The position numbers were made by a program, and so were the translations under genes. The notes below the pieces were generated by a model. The model had not been told where the DNA came from. It searched no databases and saw only the letters and a list, made by a program, of their open reading frames with translations. A stretch of 64,000 nt of DNA from an uncultured Methanoregulaceae archaeon (GTDB lineage Archaea > Halobacteriota > Methanomicrobia > Methanomicrobiales > Methanospirillaceae): contig CAVTTL010000001.1 in the NCBI GenBank assembly GCA_963737635.1, positions 1,856,001 to 1,920,000 on the forward strand. Direction: 5' to 3'. The stretch's first letter is position 1. Every line of letters starts with the position of its first letter. Positions 20,347 to 31,499 of this stretch are shown here, in pieces.

Positions 20347-21050
20347 GGATACACGGTAAGGATAGGAGGATCGTCAATGTACTGCCAGCCTTTCTGTGCC
20401 GCAAGACGCCGCATGGCCGGCGCTTCAAGGGCATAATGGGTCGATTCTATGCAGGGAAGCGGAGCCGCACGGGCTACCGACAGTTTCATCTCAGACGAGA
20501 GAAACGCGTCAGCCCCAAGCGCTTTTGCCTCGACCATTAGAGCGGGATCAAAACCACTGCCGGCAACAACGCCAAGCTGCCGGTGAGATGAAAGGTTTCC
20601 CCAGATCCGGAGGCTTCCGCCCAGTCTCTGTGAGATTTCAGGAACCGCGAGACTGCAGGTTCCCACCAGGCCAAGGGACAAGGGTTGGCAATCCTCAAGA
20701 TCGAGGAGGTCTACAAGTGCATCATTCACGCCACCGCCGGCGTGGTCAAAGTTCGTATGCATCACGTACACATTCAATCCCCCGGAAAGGATCTCGCGGA
20801 TCAACGACGCAGTGGACCCGGTGAGAGCGGTGAGTGGCGTCCAGATTGGTGTGTGGTGGACGACGAGCATATCGGCTTGTGCAGCGATCGCCTGCTGTAC
20901 CACAGAAGGAGTTACGTCCAGAGCGCAGCAGACCGTCCCTATCTCCGGTCTTCCCTCTATAATTAGCCCTATCCTGCCAGTATCAAATTCTTCGGCGAGT
21001 GATGGGGGGGCGAGCCGTTCCATCTCTTCTGCAAAAGCACGCAGGTGCAT
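20343..21050 (-). CDS. Nif3-like dinuclear metal centre hexameric protein
   Basis: ALDVT, VHHTPIW, HTNFD, HYALE motifs. Confidence 0.92.
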   Translation of the reverse strand: MHLRAFAEEMERLAPPSLAEEFDTGRIGLIIEGRPEIGTVCCALDVTPSVVQQAIAAQADMLVVHHTPIWTPLTALTGSTASLIREILSGGLNVYVMHTNFDHAGGGVNDALVDLLDLEDCQPLSLGLVGTCSLAVPEISQRLGGSLRIWGNLSSHRQLGVVAGSGFDPALMVEAKALGADAFLSSEMKLSVARAAPLPCIESTHYALEAPAMRRLAAQKGWQYIDDPPILTVYP

Positions 21051-21141
21051 ATATGAGGTTTTGCTGGGCTGGGATATATACCATATATTACCAATGGTAA
21101 TAACAGTGACTTTTAATATTCATAAAACGATATTTCCTGCC

Positions 21142-22650
21142 ATGTACAAGTCCATCGGGCAGATCAACGAGCGTATCTGTGACGGCAGTGCCCGGGTCGT
21201 CACCGCGGAAGAGATGCCGCGCATCGTTGACGAGCTGGGCGAGGAGGGCGCGCTTAAGGAAGTGGATGTCGTCACCACCGGGACATTCGGGGCCATGTGT
21301 TCTTCAGGAGCTTTCTTAAATTTCGGACATTCAGAGCCTCCGATACGAATGGAGAGGATATGGCTCAACGATGTCGAGGCGTACGGAGGTCTTGCCGCCG
21401 TCGACACCTATATTGGTGCAACCCAGCAGTCAGCTACGTTAGATGAGAGATATGGCGGCGCCCACGTCATAGAAGACCTTGTCTCCGGGAAATCGGTCGA
21501 ACTGCGCGCTACTTCGCGCGGTACCGACTGTTACCCACGCAGGACGATCACGACCGAACTCCTGCTTGAAAACCTTAACCAGGCGATTATGTGCAACCCG
21601 CGCAATGCCTACCAGCGATATAATGCGGCGACCAACACGACTGACCGGCTCCTCCACACATACATGGGAACTCTCCTCCCCAATACCGGCAACATCACGT
21701 ACTCAGGGGCGGGATTGCTCAACCCGATAACGAACGACCCCAAACTCCGGCTCATCGGCAGCGGCGTCCCGATCTTTTTGTGTGGCACGCAGGGTATGGT
21801 GATCGGGGAGGGAACGCAGCACTCGCCAGCTGGCGGTTTTGGCACGCTGATGGTGACCGGGAATTTAAAAGAGATGTCTTCCGATTACCTCCGCGCTGCC
21901 ACTATGACCGGGTACGGTGTTACCCTCTACATCGGTATTGGGGTACCACTGCCGGTCCTCGACATTGACGTTGTCAGGGCAACGGCAATCCGGGACGAGG
22001 ATATTTCAGTGGATCTGCTCGATTACGGCGTGCCAAGCCGGGCCCGTCCCCAAGTGAGAAGCGTGACCTATGCCGAACTCAGGTCCGGCGCGGTTGAGAT
22101 CAACGGGGAGCAGGTGAGGACCTCTTCATTATCGAGCTTCCGCAGGGCACGCAGGGTCGCCGAAGAGCTCAAATCCTGGATCGAAAAGAGCACGATGCAG
22201 CTGGCATTGCCTACCCGGCCCATTGATCCAGCTAAAAAGGTTCACCCGATGCACGAGAGCAGAAAAGGCCCCCGGGTGATGGACATCATGGACCGGCAGA
22301 TCGTGAGCGTTGGGGAGAACGAAGAGATCCGGACCGCTGCGCAGAAACTGCTCAAAGGGGAGACCAACCACCTCCCGGTGATCGGCGGCGATGGCAGGCT
22401 TGTCGGGATCGTGACCACCTTTGATATATCAAAGGCCGTCGCAAACCCGGGGAAGGCAAGCACTGTAGGCGATATCATGAAAAAGAAAGTGGTGACCACC
22501 ACCACTGACGAAGCAGTAGACATTGCGGTCCGGAAACTGGAACAGAATAATATCAGTGCGCTTCCGGTCCTTGACCCGGATCGCCACGTGATTGGCATGC
22601 TTACCGCGATCAATCTCGGCAAGCTCTTCGGCGGGAGATGGCTGAAATGA
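21142..22650 (+). CDS. homocysteine biosynthesis protein (DUF39 + 2 CBS; MA1821-like aspartate-semialdehyde sulfurtransferase)
   Basis: DVVTTGTFGAMCSSG, NPRNAYQ, C-terminal CBS pair; ATG 21142. Confidence 0.92.
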   Translation: MYKSIGQINERICDGSARVVTAEEMPRIVDELGEEGALKEVDVVTTGTFGAMCSSGAFLNFGHSEPPIRMERIWLNDVEAYGGLAAVDTYIGATQQSATLDERYGGAHVIEDLVSGKSVELRATSRGTDCYPRRTITTELLLENLNQAIMCNPRNAYQRYNAATNTTDRLLHTYMGTLLPNTGNITYSGAGLLNPITNDPKLRLIGSGVPIFLCGTQGMVIGEGTQHSPAGGFGTLMVTGNLKEMSSDYLRAATMTGYGVTLYIGIGVPLPVLDIDVVRATAIRDEDISVDLLDYGVPSRARPQVRSVTYAELRSGAVEINGEQVRTSSLSSFRRARRVAEELKSWIEKSTMQLALPTRPIDPAKKVHPMHESRKGPRVMDIMDRQIVSVGENEEIRTAAQKLLKGETNHLPVIGGDGRLVGIVTTFDISKAVANPGKASTVGDIMKKKVVTTTTDEAVDIAVRKLEQNNISALPVLDPDRHVIGMLTAINLGKLFGGRWLK

Positions 22651-23033
22651 AGCTGCTCGTTAACTTTTCCAAAGGCCGAAATAATGCCCCGATAATCGCC
22701 CAGGTAGTAAAGGAAACCGGCGTTCTTATCAGTGTCGAACGTGCGGTGATCGACTCGTCTGAAGGTGAAGCACTTATCGAAGTCCCCGACGACCAGTGCA
22801 AACTCGTCCGGGCCAGCCTGACGCGGCACGGTGCAACCGTGAGACTGCTTGAACACGGGATCAGCCTTGATACAGGCGAATGCGTGGACTGTGGTGCATG
22901 TATTTCCATCTGCCCCCGGGAAGTCTTCTCCTTTGACACAGACTGGAAACTTACGATAGCCGAAGACCGGTGTATCCTCTGCGGCACGTGCGTTCCCGCC
23001 TGCCCGCACCAGGCGCTGACGCTGCCCCTATGA
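22647..23033 (+). CDS. NIL-domain 2x[4Fe-4S] ferredoxin (MA1822-like)
   Basis: CVDCGACISIC and CILCGTCVPAC; coupled to the DUF39 gene. Confidence 0.92.
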   Translation: MKLLVNFSKGRNNAPIIAQVVKETGVLISVERAVIDSSEGEALIEVPDDQCKLVRASLTRHGATVRLLEHGISLDTGECVDCGACISICPREVFSFDTDWKLTIAEDRCILCGTCVPACPHQALTLPL

Positions 23034-23743
23034 TCCGCGCACCGTTCCGGTACCGGGAGACCTTCGCTGCGATCCTTGCTGATACACCCGCCCATGTGGC
23101 GGCGGCAAAGAAAGGTATGATCGATGCCCGGCAGGTGCTCGAGGCGCACATTGCCCGGGATCCTTTTTTTGCCAGCACATTTTTCCCATATGAACCGGAC
23201 ACTGACCATTCCCTGATTCGTCACATGGCAGCCGCCGTCTCCGACGCCGGTGTCGGGCCTATGGCAACTGTTGCGGGTGCCATAGCTGCTGCCGGTATCG
23301 ATGCCATGATCGAAGCAGGCGCCTCGTTTGGCGTGATCGATAATGGGGGTGACATTGCGCTTGTCAGCGACCGTGAGGTGACCGTCGGTGTGCACGCAGG
23401 AACTGCCCCGCTCTCCGACAGAATCGCCTTTGTCATCCCGCCTCAAAAAGAACCGTTTGGCATCTGCACATCATCTGCCACCGTTGGCCCATCTATCTCG
23501 TTTGGGGTTGCGGACGCGGTCACGATCTTCGCATACGATCCTCTCGTCGCGGATGCGTGGGCGACTGCAGTATGCAACCAGCTGCGCCCGGATGACCAGC
23601 GTATCCTCGACGGACTTGACCCGGGCAAAGTACAGGGAGTCTTTGCCATCATGGGAGAGACCGTTGTACAATGGGGAACTGTTCCACCCATCGTTCCTGC
23701 CCGGGTTGACAAACAGCTGATCGCTGCCGGGGACCGGTTATAG
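23030..23743 (+). CDS. UPF0280 (ApbE-like, MA1715-like) protein
   Basis: GPMATVAGAIA, DNGGDI, GICTSSATVGPSISFG. Confidence 0.9.
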   Translation: MIRAPFRYRETFAAILADTPAHVAAAKKGMIDARQVLEAHIARDPFFASTFFPYEPDTDHSLIRHMAAAVSDAGVGPMATVAGAIAAAGIDAMIEAGASFGVIDNGGDIALVSDREVTVGVHAGTAPLSDRIAFVIPPQKEPFGICTSSATVGPSISFGVADAVTIFAYDPLVADAWATAVCNQLRPDDQRILDGLDPGKVQGVFAIMGETVVQWGTVPPIVPARVDKQLIAAGDRL

Positions 23744-24142
23744 CGTCGACTCGATAGAAGAAAGGCTGTCGGCGACCGCACTAGGACCGGAAAAGGTTTT
23801 GATGACCGCCTTGCCATCGGTTACTAAAATTTCCGGCTGGGTGTTCTTGACTCGGAAGACCCGTTCGAAGACGTCGATCTCGTCAATCTTCACACCTTCG
23901 ACAAGCGATGACGCAGGTTCAAGCTCAAGGCGTTCCCTGACGAGTTCATCGGGCACAGTACGGAAAAAATAATAGAAGACCTGCCACGCGTTTAAGAGAT
24001 CCGAGACCAGGAGTTCGCGGAGCACCGGCTGAGGCAGCGTTTCCAGCCGGCGCACGAGTGTGTCCTCATCCTCGCCGCTCTCCTCAAGAAGGCAGTCTGC
24101 GATCTGGACCAGTTCGGCAAAGGAGGGGGATCCATCATCCAT
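23738..24142 (-). CDS. hypothetical protein
   Basis: Acidic ORF filling the gap between two + strand operons; the start could be 24190. Confidence 0.6.
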   Translation of the reverse strand: MDDGSPSFAELVQIADCLLEESGEDEDTLVRRLETLPQPVLRELLVSDLLNAWQVFYYFFRTVPDELVRERLELEPASSLVEGVKIDEIDVFERVFRVKNTQPEILVTDGKAVIKTFSGPSAVADSLSSIESTL

Positions 24143-24237
24143 GGGATAAGGTAGGTCCCGGTGGGCAAAAAGGGTGCCGTACGAACGCATAACGATCGGT
24201 AATAAACTATAATGAGGCCGGGTGGGAATGTATACAG

Positions 24238-24519
24238 GTGAAAGATGAGGACACGGACTGGGTGGTCTATCACCTTATCGCACAGGAACCGGGCATCACT
24301 GCGGAAGGATTGGTAGATAAAAGCGGGTTGGATGGTGCTATTGTTGCGGCCTCCCTTGACAGGCTCGACCGTTCCTTTCTCATCAACCGTACCGGCACAC
24401 AGGTAAGAGTGCTTTCCGTTGGGGAGGCAATGGTGAAATGTCAGGCAAAATACGATACTACTCTGCCATATATCATTGAAGACGGCGTGATAAAGCCGCG
24501 GGAAAAACGAGGACCATGA
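24238..24519 (+). CDS. MarR-like winged-helix protein
   Basis: VYHLIA..GIT...ASLDRL; GTG start; coupled to trm56. Confidence 0.7.
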   Translation: MKDEDTDWVVYHLIAQEPGITAEGLVDKSGLDGAIVAASLDRLDRSFLINRTGTQVRVLSVGEAMVKCQAKYDTTLPYIIEDGVIKPREKRGP

Positions 24520-25046
24520 CGGAAAAAGAAGTAGCCATACTCAGGATCGGCCACCGGCCTGAGCGCGACCAGCGGGTGACCACCCATGTGGCGCTGACCG
24601 GTCGGGCACTGGGCGCATCGGGGATGTTCCTTGCTACAAGCGACAAAGATATCGTCAAAAGTGTGCTGGATGTCGCTGACCGGTGGGGAGGTCCTTTTTT
24701 CTGCGAGGACAATGTATCCTGGCGCACCTGCATTAAAGGCTGGAAGGCAGCAGGAGGAAAGGTGGTCCACCTTACGATGTATGGGATCAACCTGCCCGCT
24801 ATCATTGGCGAGATCCGGCCCTGCGAAAAAATTCTTGTCGTTGTCGGGGCGGAGAAAGTGCCCGGCGAGATGTACGGTCTTGCAGATTACAATGTTGCTG
24901 TGACCGGCCAGCCCCACTCGGAGATCGCAAGCCTTGCGCTGTTCCTAGACCGCCTCTACGAGGGAACAGAATTCGCCCGTGAATTTCCCGGCGCAAAGAT
25001 CCGGATTGTGCCATCCCGGGTCGGGAAACAGACGGAGGAGTTGTGA
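24516..25046 (+). CDS. trm56: tRNA (cytidine(56)-2'-O)-methyltransferase
   Basis: [35 protein letters not shown]. Confidence 0.96.
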   Translation: MTEKEVAILRIGHRPERDQRVTTHVALTGRALGASGMFLATSDKDIVKSVLDVADRWGGPFFCEDNVSWRTCIKGWKAAGGKVVHLTMYGINLPAIIGEIRPCEKILVVVGAEKVPGEMYGLADYNVAVTGQPHSEIASLALFLDRLYEGTEFAREFPGAKIRIVPSRVGKQTEEL

Positions 25047-26116
25047 AAGGCCGGGTCCTCGTCGCCGGTTTTGCCACGCGCCATGTGGCGCAGTCTGCTG
25101 CTCTTGCCGGTTATGAGGTCTGTGCGGTCGATCATTTCTGTGACCAGGACCTCATGTGGTACACCCGGGACAGGATCCGGTTTGACGACCTAAGCGACCT
25201 TCCCGAAGCCATCTCCCGGATGTGCACCAGATACTCTTTTGATTTCTGGGTGGCCACTTCAGGGGCGGAGAGTCTTACGGTGCCGGTTCCATTCTGCGGG
25301 ACGCCGCGCGAACGTGTTGACCGGTTCCTTGATAAGCTGGAGATGCAGCATTTTTTTGAAGATCTTGGTGTCCCGGTCCCCCGGATTGCCGGGGATAGCG
25401 AATACCCGGTGATGGCAAAACCACGCTGCGGTGCGGGGGGATGGCGCAATGCAGTGCTGTCTGATGCAGCGACAGAAAAACAATGGGCTGACCTGTACCC
25501 TAACGTTCCCTATATCCGCCAGCAGGTGGTTGAAGGGATCCCTGCAAGCGTCTGCTGTATTGCCAACGGCTATGCAGCGAGAGCGGTTGCGACAAACGAA
25601 CAGGTACTCCGGGGGTCCGGTGACGCTACGTTCGGGTTCTCCGGGTCGGTGACGCCGTTTGATCATTCATCGTCCAGAGAGATGATTGCCCTTGCCGAGA
25701 AAATTGCTGCATCAAGCGGCTGCATCGGAACCCTTGGCATCGACTTTGTGGTCGGTCCTGATACACCCTGGGTTATCGAGGTGAACCCCCGGTTCCAGGG
25801 AACACTTGACACGGTCGAGACAGCCTACGCGTGCAACCTGTTCCGGTACCATGTGAATGCATGCGCAGGGACGCTCCCGGATGCCTCCCACGCACAGATG
25901 TACGCTGCCCGGCGGATCCTCTTTGCAGACCGGGATCTGATCCTTGATACCGATTTGAAGGTGCTTGCCCCGGTTGTATCGGATATCCCGTGGCCGGGGA
26001 CTTTTTTTGAAGAAGAGCAGGCGGTTACCAGTGTATCCGGGACCGGGCAGACACGTAATGAAGCCCTTAGTACGCTGGATAAGAATATTAGCACTGTCCG
26101 ACAATATATGCGCTGA
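25043..26116 (+). CDS. ATP-grasp domain protein
   Basis: [21 protein letters not shown]. Confidence 0.88.
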   Translation: MKGRVLVAGFATRHVAQSAALAGYEVCAVDHFCDQDLMWYTRDRIRFDDLSDLPEAISRMCTRYSFDFWVATSGAESLTVPVPFCGTPRERVDRFLDKLEMQHFFEDLGVPVPRIAGDSEYPVMAKPRCGAGGWRNAVLSDAATEKQWADLYPNVPYIRQQVVEGIPASVCCIANGYAARAVATNEQVLRGSGDATFGFSGSVTPFDHSSSREMIALAEKIAASSGCIGTLGIDFVVGPDTPWVIEVNPRFQGTLDTVETAYACNLFRYHVNACAGTLPDASHAQMYAARRILFADRDLILDTDLKVLAPVVSDIPWPGTFFEEEQAVTSVSGTGQTRNEALSTLDKNISTVRQYMR

Positions 26117-26637
26117 TGGATCCAGTGGAAGAAGTGCTTAATAATCCGGCAATGAGGGCATATATTCACCGGTTGGTGGGTGACGAGGGGCTCAACCTTC
26201 TGGAAAAATTTCCCAAAGAAGGCGAGCACAGCGACGAGGAACTGGCCGCAAGCACCGGGATCAACCTGAACTCCGTACGCCACACGCTCTATACCTTGTA
26301 CGAGAAGCGGCTTGCCGAATACCACAGGATCAAGAATAACGAGACCGGCTGGCTGACGTATCTGTGGCAGCTGCGGATCGATCACATCTATGACGCCATC
26401 CGCGAAGATATGGAGATGGTACTGAGTAAACTCGAACACCGCGCACGGTTCGAAGAGGAGAATGATTTTTATATCTGCCGGGAATGCCACGACATCTATA
26501 CCTTCACGGTCGCTATCGGTAACGATTTCAAGTGCCCCACCTGCGACCTGCCGCTTTCCCATTTTGAGAACGAGATGCTGATAAAAGCACTCCGGGATCG
26601 CATCGAGAGCATGAAAAAAACCCTGGGTCATGCCTGA
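26116..26637 (+). CDS. tfe: transcription factor E
   Basis: DEELA...LNSVRHTLYTL...GWLTYLW wHTH plus C-x2-C/C-x2-C zinc ribbon. Confidence 0.95.
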   Translation: MDPVEEVLNNPAMRAYIHRLVGDEGLNLLEKFPKEGEHSDEELAASTGINLNSVRHTLYTLYEKRLAEYHRIKNNETGWLTYLWQLRIDHIYDAIREDMEMVLSKLEHRARFEEENDFYICRECHDIYTFTVAIGNDFKCPTCDLPLSHFENEMLIKALRDRIESMKKTLGHA

Positions 26638-27127
26638 GACCCGGGACCGCTGCATTACGCTGCTCAGGGAAGCCGGGTGCAAACCGAAGGTTATAGCCCA
26701 CTGCCAGGCGGTCTGTGCCTGCGCCGAGGAGTATGCACAGCGGTCTTCTCTTGCCGATCCGTCCCTTGTTACTATCGGGGCTATGCTCCATGATATCGGC
26801 CGGGGAGGCACGCATTCGATCGGTCATGCGCAGAGAGGCGCAGACCTCCTGCGGGAGAAAGGTTTTCCGGAACGTGTGGCCCGGATCGTGGAATGCCACA
26901 CCGGTGCCGGCCTGACCGCCGATGAATGCACGCTTCTTGGGCTTTCTCCCCGCGACTGCATGCCGCGGACCATTGAGGAGAAGATTGTCACCCATGCGGA
27001 CAACCTGATCGCCGGTTCGACCCGGGTGACGATAGATGAAGAGATTTCATCTGCCATTCACCTGCCCCGGAAGATCCGGATAAGGATGTACCGGCTGGCA
27101 AATGACGTGGAACTGCTTACTCAGTAA
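26630..27127 (+). CDS. HDIG-domain metal-dependent hydrolase (TIGR00295-like)
   Basis: LHDIGR, H..G, HTGAG, EEKIVTHAD. Confidence 0.9.
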   Translation: MPETRDRCITLLREAGCKPKVIAHCQAVCACAEEYAQRSSLADPSLVTIGAMLHDIGRGGTHSIGHAQRGADLLREKGFPERVARIVECHTGAGLTADECTLLGLSPRDCMPRTIEEKIVTHADNLIAGSTRVTIDEEISSAIHLPRKIRIRMYRLANDVELLTQ

Positions 27128-27148
27128 GGGCACGTTTCAGTTTTCGTA

Positions 27149-27649
27149 TCAAATAATAACCTGACGTACCTGCGGAAGGGCACGTATCTCGTTGACAACA
27201 CCGGCTGGCAACGGCTCTTCGACAATAATGACCAGTTTTGGATCTTCTGAAAACTGAGGATCGGTAACGAAGATCTGCCGGATGGCAAGCGAGTGTTCTG
27301 CAAGTACGCGAACTGCGGCACCTATGATGCCTCGTTCGCTCGCATCCCTAGGCATGACAATGATAACCGAGAACCCCAGGGATTCTGCGACCCGGCTTAG
27401 GTCAGGAGTGGCCCGCATGTTGAGAAAGATCTCGCGCAGAAACGGACGATCGAGGATGCGTCTTGCGGTAGAATCCACGACGCGACGGTCCGATCCGATC
27501 GCTTTTGCGATTGACGTGGCCGGGATCTCGATCCCGTTGCAACAGATTCTTCCCTCATCATTGACGCTGAAGCCATTTTCGAGGAGGAACCGCACCACGC
27601 GACTTTGGGATGGTGAATCAGCAAATTCGTGGATGATGTCAGACCACAT
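27149..27649 (-). CDS. ACT-domain regulator (COG2150-like)
   Basis: LLENGFSV...IAKAIGSDRRVV HTH plus a C-terminal ACT-like domain. Confidence 0.85.
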   Translation of the reverse strand: MWSDIIHEFADSPSQSRVVRFLLENGFSVNDEGRICCNGIEIPATSIAKAIGSDRRVVDSTARRILDRPFLREIFLNMRATPDLSRVAESLGFSVIIVMPRDASERGIIGAAVRVLAEHSLAIRQIFVTDPQFSEDPKLVIIVEEPLPAGVVNEIRALPQVRQVII

Positions 27650-27899
27650 ATGTTCACCCGGTTATAACGTAGATTCATATACACTTATGCTTCCAGCATG
27701 TCATCAGTGTAGAGAAAAGGGGGATCTGTCTGTACATGTGGCAGGGGACTGGCGCAAATCTCACAAAACGATTATTCACCCGTAAACAGGGCGGAACCGT
27801 GCATAACATTCTTTTAGATAGACAACCTTTTTGTTATGGCACAGAAGCGGGGTCAGCTGGCAACTCCGGCGGCGTTCGCAGTGCATTTCCTCTTCCCGG

Positions 27900-27984
27900 G
27901 CGAGGGTAGCCAAGCCAGGTCAAAGGCGCTAGGTTGAGGGCCTAGTCTCGTAGGAGTTCTTGGGTTCGAATCCCATCCCTCGCA
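27900..27984 (+). tRNA. tRNA-Leu (GAG)
   Basis: GCGAGGG/CCCTCGC acceptor stem, CTAGG-TTGAGGG-CCTAG anticodon arm, long variable arm, TTCGAAT T-loop. Confidence 0.96.
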
Positions 27985-28241
27985 TTTCCCGTTCAGGGTC
28001 AACTCTCTTCTCAAGATTATTTCATTGTTCCCACGACACCGATGGGGTACGGATCGCTTCGGTCAAATCCCGAATGCCAGATACGATTTAATCAGGTGAT
28101 ATTTCCGCCTTAATGAGACTTTGATCTGAAAATCTCTTATTTTCATTGAGATTTCCCCGAATTCCCGTATTGTTCATGGTTTTGAATTAACAAAATAAAA
28201 AGGTAAAATAATAAATAAACAAAGGACAAACAATCCAGTCG

Positions 28242-29018
28242 ATGGATCGTATATTGTCTGATCGCGCTTTCAAGATCATCGTTCTCGTAGTCGGGATACT
28301 TGTCCTGGTCGATGTCGTAAACGTCTTTGTGCTCGGTGGACCTTCGGTGTTTACCCTTCTTTTCAAACCCGGGGGGACTGCTGCCGGAAATTCCAGCCCG
28401 ATCCCATCGGCGGATAATGTACCGGTGACTCCAACACTGAAGCAAACTGCAGTGAGTTCATTAAATGGCGTCCCGGCAATTTACGTACCGACGACCGCGA
28501 CCCCCATCCCGACGGTCCCGTATGTTTCTGTTGTGACACCGATCCAGACATCAAACGAAGGAACTATACCGACATATGTTATGCCTGCCGCCCAGACTTC
28601 CACTGATCAGAACGATTACATGGCGATTTACTCAAATAACCTTGCCTTTATTACAGACTCTCCCACAGCGGTGGCATTCAACGTGGGAAATCCTCCCCTC
28701 CTTATCAACTACACCGTCACCCCGACGACAACGGTTGACTACAACTATTATTATAATCACACGGCAACACAAGCAGGTACCTGGATGTATGACAACGTTA
28801 CACGACCTTCGGAACATGCCTGGTTCACGATAACAATCTATGACAAGGATACCGGCCAGCAAGTCGATCAGACGGGATACGGTGGCATCTATGGCTGGAC
28901 CCCCCAGAATACCTATAGTCTGCGAAAATCCGGGAATTTCCTGATCCAGTTTGATGGCGAGAATGCAAACGTCCTTGTCAACATGTTCCTCAGTAAGGAA
29001 GGAAACAGCGCATCATAG
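28242..29018 (+). CDS. N-terminally anchored extracellular protein
   Basis: One N-terminal TM, P/T-rich linker, beta-rich C-terminal domain. Confidence 0.75.
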   Translation: MDRILSDRAFKIIVLVVGILVLVDVVNVFVLGGPSVFTLLFKPGGTAAGNSSPIPSADNVPVTPTLKQTAVSSLNGVPAIYVPTTATPIPTVPYVSVVTPIQTSNEGTIPTYVMPAAQTSTDQNDYMAIYSNNLAFITDSPTAVAFNVGNPPLLINYTVTPTTTVDYNYYYNHTATQAGTWMYDNVTRPSEHAWFTITIYDKDTGQQVDQTGYGGIYGWTPQNTYSLRKSGNFLIQFDGENANVLVNMFLSKEGNSAS

Positions 29019-29131
29019 AAATACACAAAAAATCCCCATCTTCTCTTTAATCTCGCAGATACTTCCGGGACTGCTTCGGTGTTTACCGTTATCTTTCGGT
29101 TCCTGTCAATTGTACGTTCTCCCAGTGCATT

Positions 29132-29983
29132 TTATAACGGGAAAAAACGGTTTATTATCAGGAGGATGACGACGAGTGAGGCAAGTATAATGCCCATAAG
29201 GAGATCGAACCGACCGAGTTTCTGCGGTTTGTACTTGGTATGGGGTACAGACTGGCGAAATCCCCGGGCCTGCATAGCGTCGGACGTATTTTTTGACCGT
29301 TTGAGGAGGGAAACGGTCGCCGGGATGAAGAGGGCGGTGAGTTTGTTCCGGATGCCGGTACCATTTCCCCGGTCCAGTTCAAGACCCCGGGATCGCTGCG
29401 CATCCATGATCTGACAGGTATCCTCGGTTAAGAAGGTTGTCGACCGAAGCGCATATCCCAGCGAGAAACTGAGGGTGGGCGGGACTCTCATTCCCTTGAG
29501 GCTTCGTATGAAATCATCATGCGAGGTAGTCATGAGAAAGAGGATCGCGATCCCGCAGATTGCAAGAAGCCGGAATCCCATCGCTAGGGCAAGAACCAGC
29601 CCGGCCCGGGTAACCTCCGGATGAAGAAAGCCGATCGAGGCAGAAAAATAGACCGGGCCGGACGGTGCCTTTGAGAATAAACTATCCAGAACAATGACCA
29701 GGATGAAGAGGGGTGAGGCCAGGGTGAGTGCACCCAGGAATTTCTTTATGATGCCCGAGCTAAGGGCGAGGAGTATTTCGAAAAGAAAAACCAGAACCAG
29801 GACGGCCAATGCACTGAACAGGACTGCAACGATACTCACCACAAGAAGAGCCAGGAGTTTTGTCCGTGGGTCAAGGTGGTGAAGAAATGAGTCTCCGGGA
29901 CTAAAACGGAGGAGCTGCAGGCGCCGGAGTTTCCGGGGTGTTCTTTCTGTATCCGACCTTTCAGGATTCACCTGTAGATTCAC
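29132..29983 (-). CDS. ecfT: ECF transporter transmembrane (T) component
   Basis: SFLHHLDPRTKL, AQRSRG and AMQARGF motifs. Confidence 0.92.
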   Translation of the reverse strand: MNLQVNPERSDTERTPRKLRRLQLLRFSPGDSFLHHLDPRTKLLALLVVSIVAVLFSALAVLVLVFLFEILLALSSGIIKKFLGALTLASPLFILVIVLDSLFSKAPSGPVYFSASIGFLHPEVTRAGLVLALAMGFRLLAICGIAILFLMTTSHDDFIRSLKGMRVPPTLSFSLGYALRSTTFLTEDTCQIMDAQRSRGLELDRGNGTGIRNKLTALFIPATVSLLKRSKNTSDAMQARGFRQSVPHTKYKPQKLGRFDLLMGIILASLVVILLIINRFFPL

Positions 29984-31499
29984 TCCTCACAGAGTCTACT
30001 TCCCGCTTATCCGGATACAGCACCGGAAAGGCACGGGAAGGGTTCCGGTCATCTGCCGTGATGCGGCCGGCCGAGATCCGGATGAACCGGTCCCCGCACG
30101 CCATCCCAAACGCTTCATCATGGGTCGCCACAATGACTGTTTTTTCTGCCGCGCACAAACTGCGGAGAAGACCGGTAAGCAGGTCTTTTAGACTCTGATC
30201 GAGGCCGAATGTGGGTTCATCAAGGACGACGATCGGCGTGTCCATCGCGAGAATACTGGCGAGCGCCACTCTCTGTTTTTCCCCGCCAGATAAGCTGAGT
30301 GGCGGTGTAGACAGATCGATGTGACCGAGCGAACACTGGTTTCGCATCTCCACAACGATCTTCTCAATCTCGTCATGTGTCTTGCCGATATTCTTGGGAC
30401 CGAACGCGAGTTCTTCAGTAATCGTGCTCTCGAAGAGCTGGTAATCTGCGTGCTGGTTGAGCAGACCGACGCTGTGCGCGATGGCGGCGACGGTCTTTGT
30501 AGTGAGAGGTTCCGGACCGAGAAGGATAACCCCCCGGTCCGGGCGAAGAAGACCGTTGCAGTGCTTGAGAAGGGTCGTCTTTCCCGACCCATTTGCGCCG
30601 GAAATGACGGTTATCTCGCCGGGATAGAAATTGAGGGTAATCCCGTCGAGGGCCGGGGCCTGTACCTCCGGGTACTGGTAAGAAACCTCCTGAAATGAGA
30701 GGGATGGGACGCGTGCCTGCCTGTCTGAATGAACGGTAATACTGTCAAGTTCCGGGACAGGAGAACCTGCCGGAACAGCTGCAGGGAGACCTCGTTTCCG
30801 GTCCGCTATGATGATCCCTCCCTCCATGACGATCTGGCGATCCGTTTGCGGCAGCAGGCAGGCAGTGCGGTGCTCAAAAACGATGATCGTAGTTCCACGG
30901 ACTGAGCTGAGTTCTTCAAAGATGTCTGCGAGATTCCGTGCAGCTGCAGCATCGATCCCGGAGAAAGGTTCGTCCATTACCAGGAGAGACGGCTGCAGGG
31001 CTATGACCGAGGCGATTGCTACGCGCTGGCGTTCGCCCCAGGAAAGGTCACTGGTGGACCGACCCAGAAGGTGCCCGATGCGAAAGAGTGCCGCGGTCTC
31101 ATCGATCCTCCTGTGGATCTCCTGTTCCGGCAGGTTGTTGCACTCAAGCCCGAACGCGATCTCGCTCTCGACATCTCCCGCGACCAGCTGATACCCGGGG
31201 TCCTGGAATACCATACCGACGTGCCGGGCGAAATCCGGGGTATCGTACTCTTTGGTATTCATCCCGGCGACGATCACCTCGCCGTCCATGAAGCCTTTTG
31301 TCGCGTGGGGGATAAGCCCGTTCAGGCACCGGGCAAGCGTGGATTTCCCGGAACCGCTCTGCCCGGTAACCAGGACCAATTCGCCGGGCTGGATCGTGAG
31401 ATTGATCTGGTTCAGGGCGGTAACCTGCCTTCCCGACAGGGTTGTGGGATACCGGAACGACAGGTCCCGGATAAGGACGGCCGGATCAAGGCTCGTCGT
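29961..31499 (-). CDS. ecfA: ECF transporter fused double ATPase; apparent ACG start
   Basis: Two Walker A motifs (GQSGSGKS, GANGSGKT) and LSWGE/LSGGE signatures. The frame is open up to ACG at 31499 behind GGGGTGA and includes IRDLSFRY. Confidence 0.9.
   Translation of the reverse strand, partial: TTSLDPAVLIRDLSFRYPTTLSGRQVTALNQINLTIQPGELVLVTGQSGSGKSTLARCLNGLIPHATKGFMDGEVIVAGMNTKEYDTPDFARHVGMVFQDPGYQLVAGDVESEIAFGLECNNLPEQEIHRRIDETAALFRIGHLLGRSTSDLSWGERQRVAIASVIALQPSLLVMDEPFSGIDAAAARNLADIFEELSSVRGTTIIVFEHRTACLLPQTDRQIVMEGGIIIADRKRGLPAAVPAGSPVPELDSITVHSDRQARVPSLSFQEVSYQYPEVQAPALDGITLNFYPGEITVISGANGSGKTTLLKHCNGLLRPDRGVILLGPEPLTTKTVAAIAHSVGLLNQHADYQLFESTITEELAFGPKNIGKTHDEIEKIVVEMRNQCSLGHIDLSTPPLSLSGGEKQRVALASILAMDTPIVVLDEPTFGLDQSLKDLLTGLLRSLCAAEKTVIVATHDEAFGMACGDRFIRISAGRITADDRNPSRAFPVLYPDKREVDSVRSESTGES

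Noticed and set aside
20812-21141. N-terminal extension of the DUF39-CBS ORF
   Set aside because: It overlaps the divergent nif3 gene and the shared promoter region; the real start is 21142.
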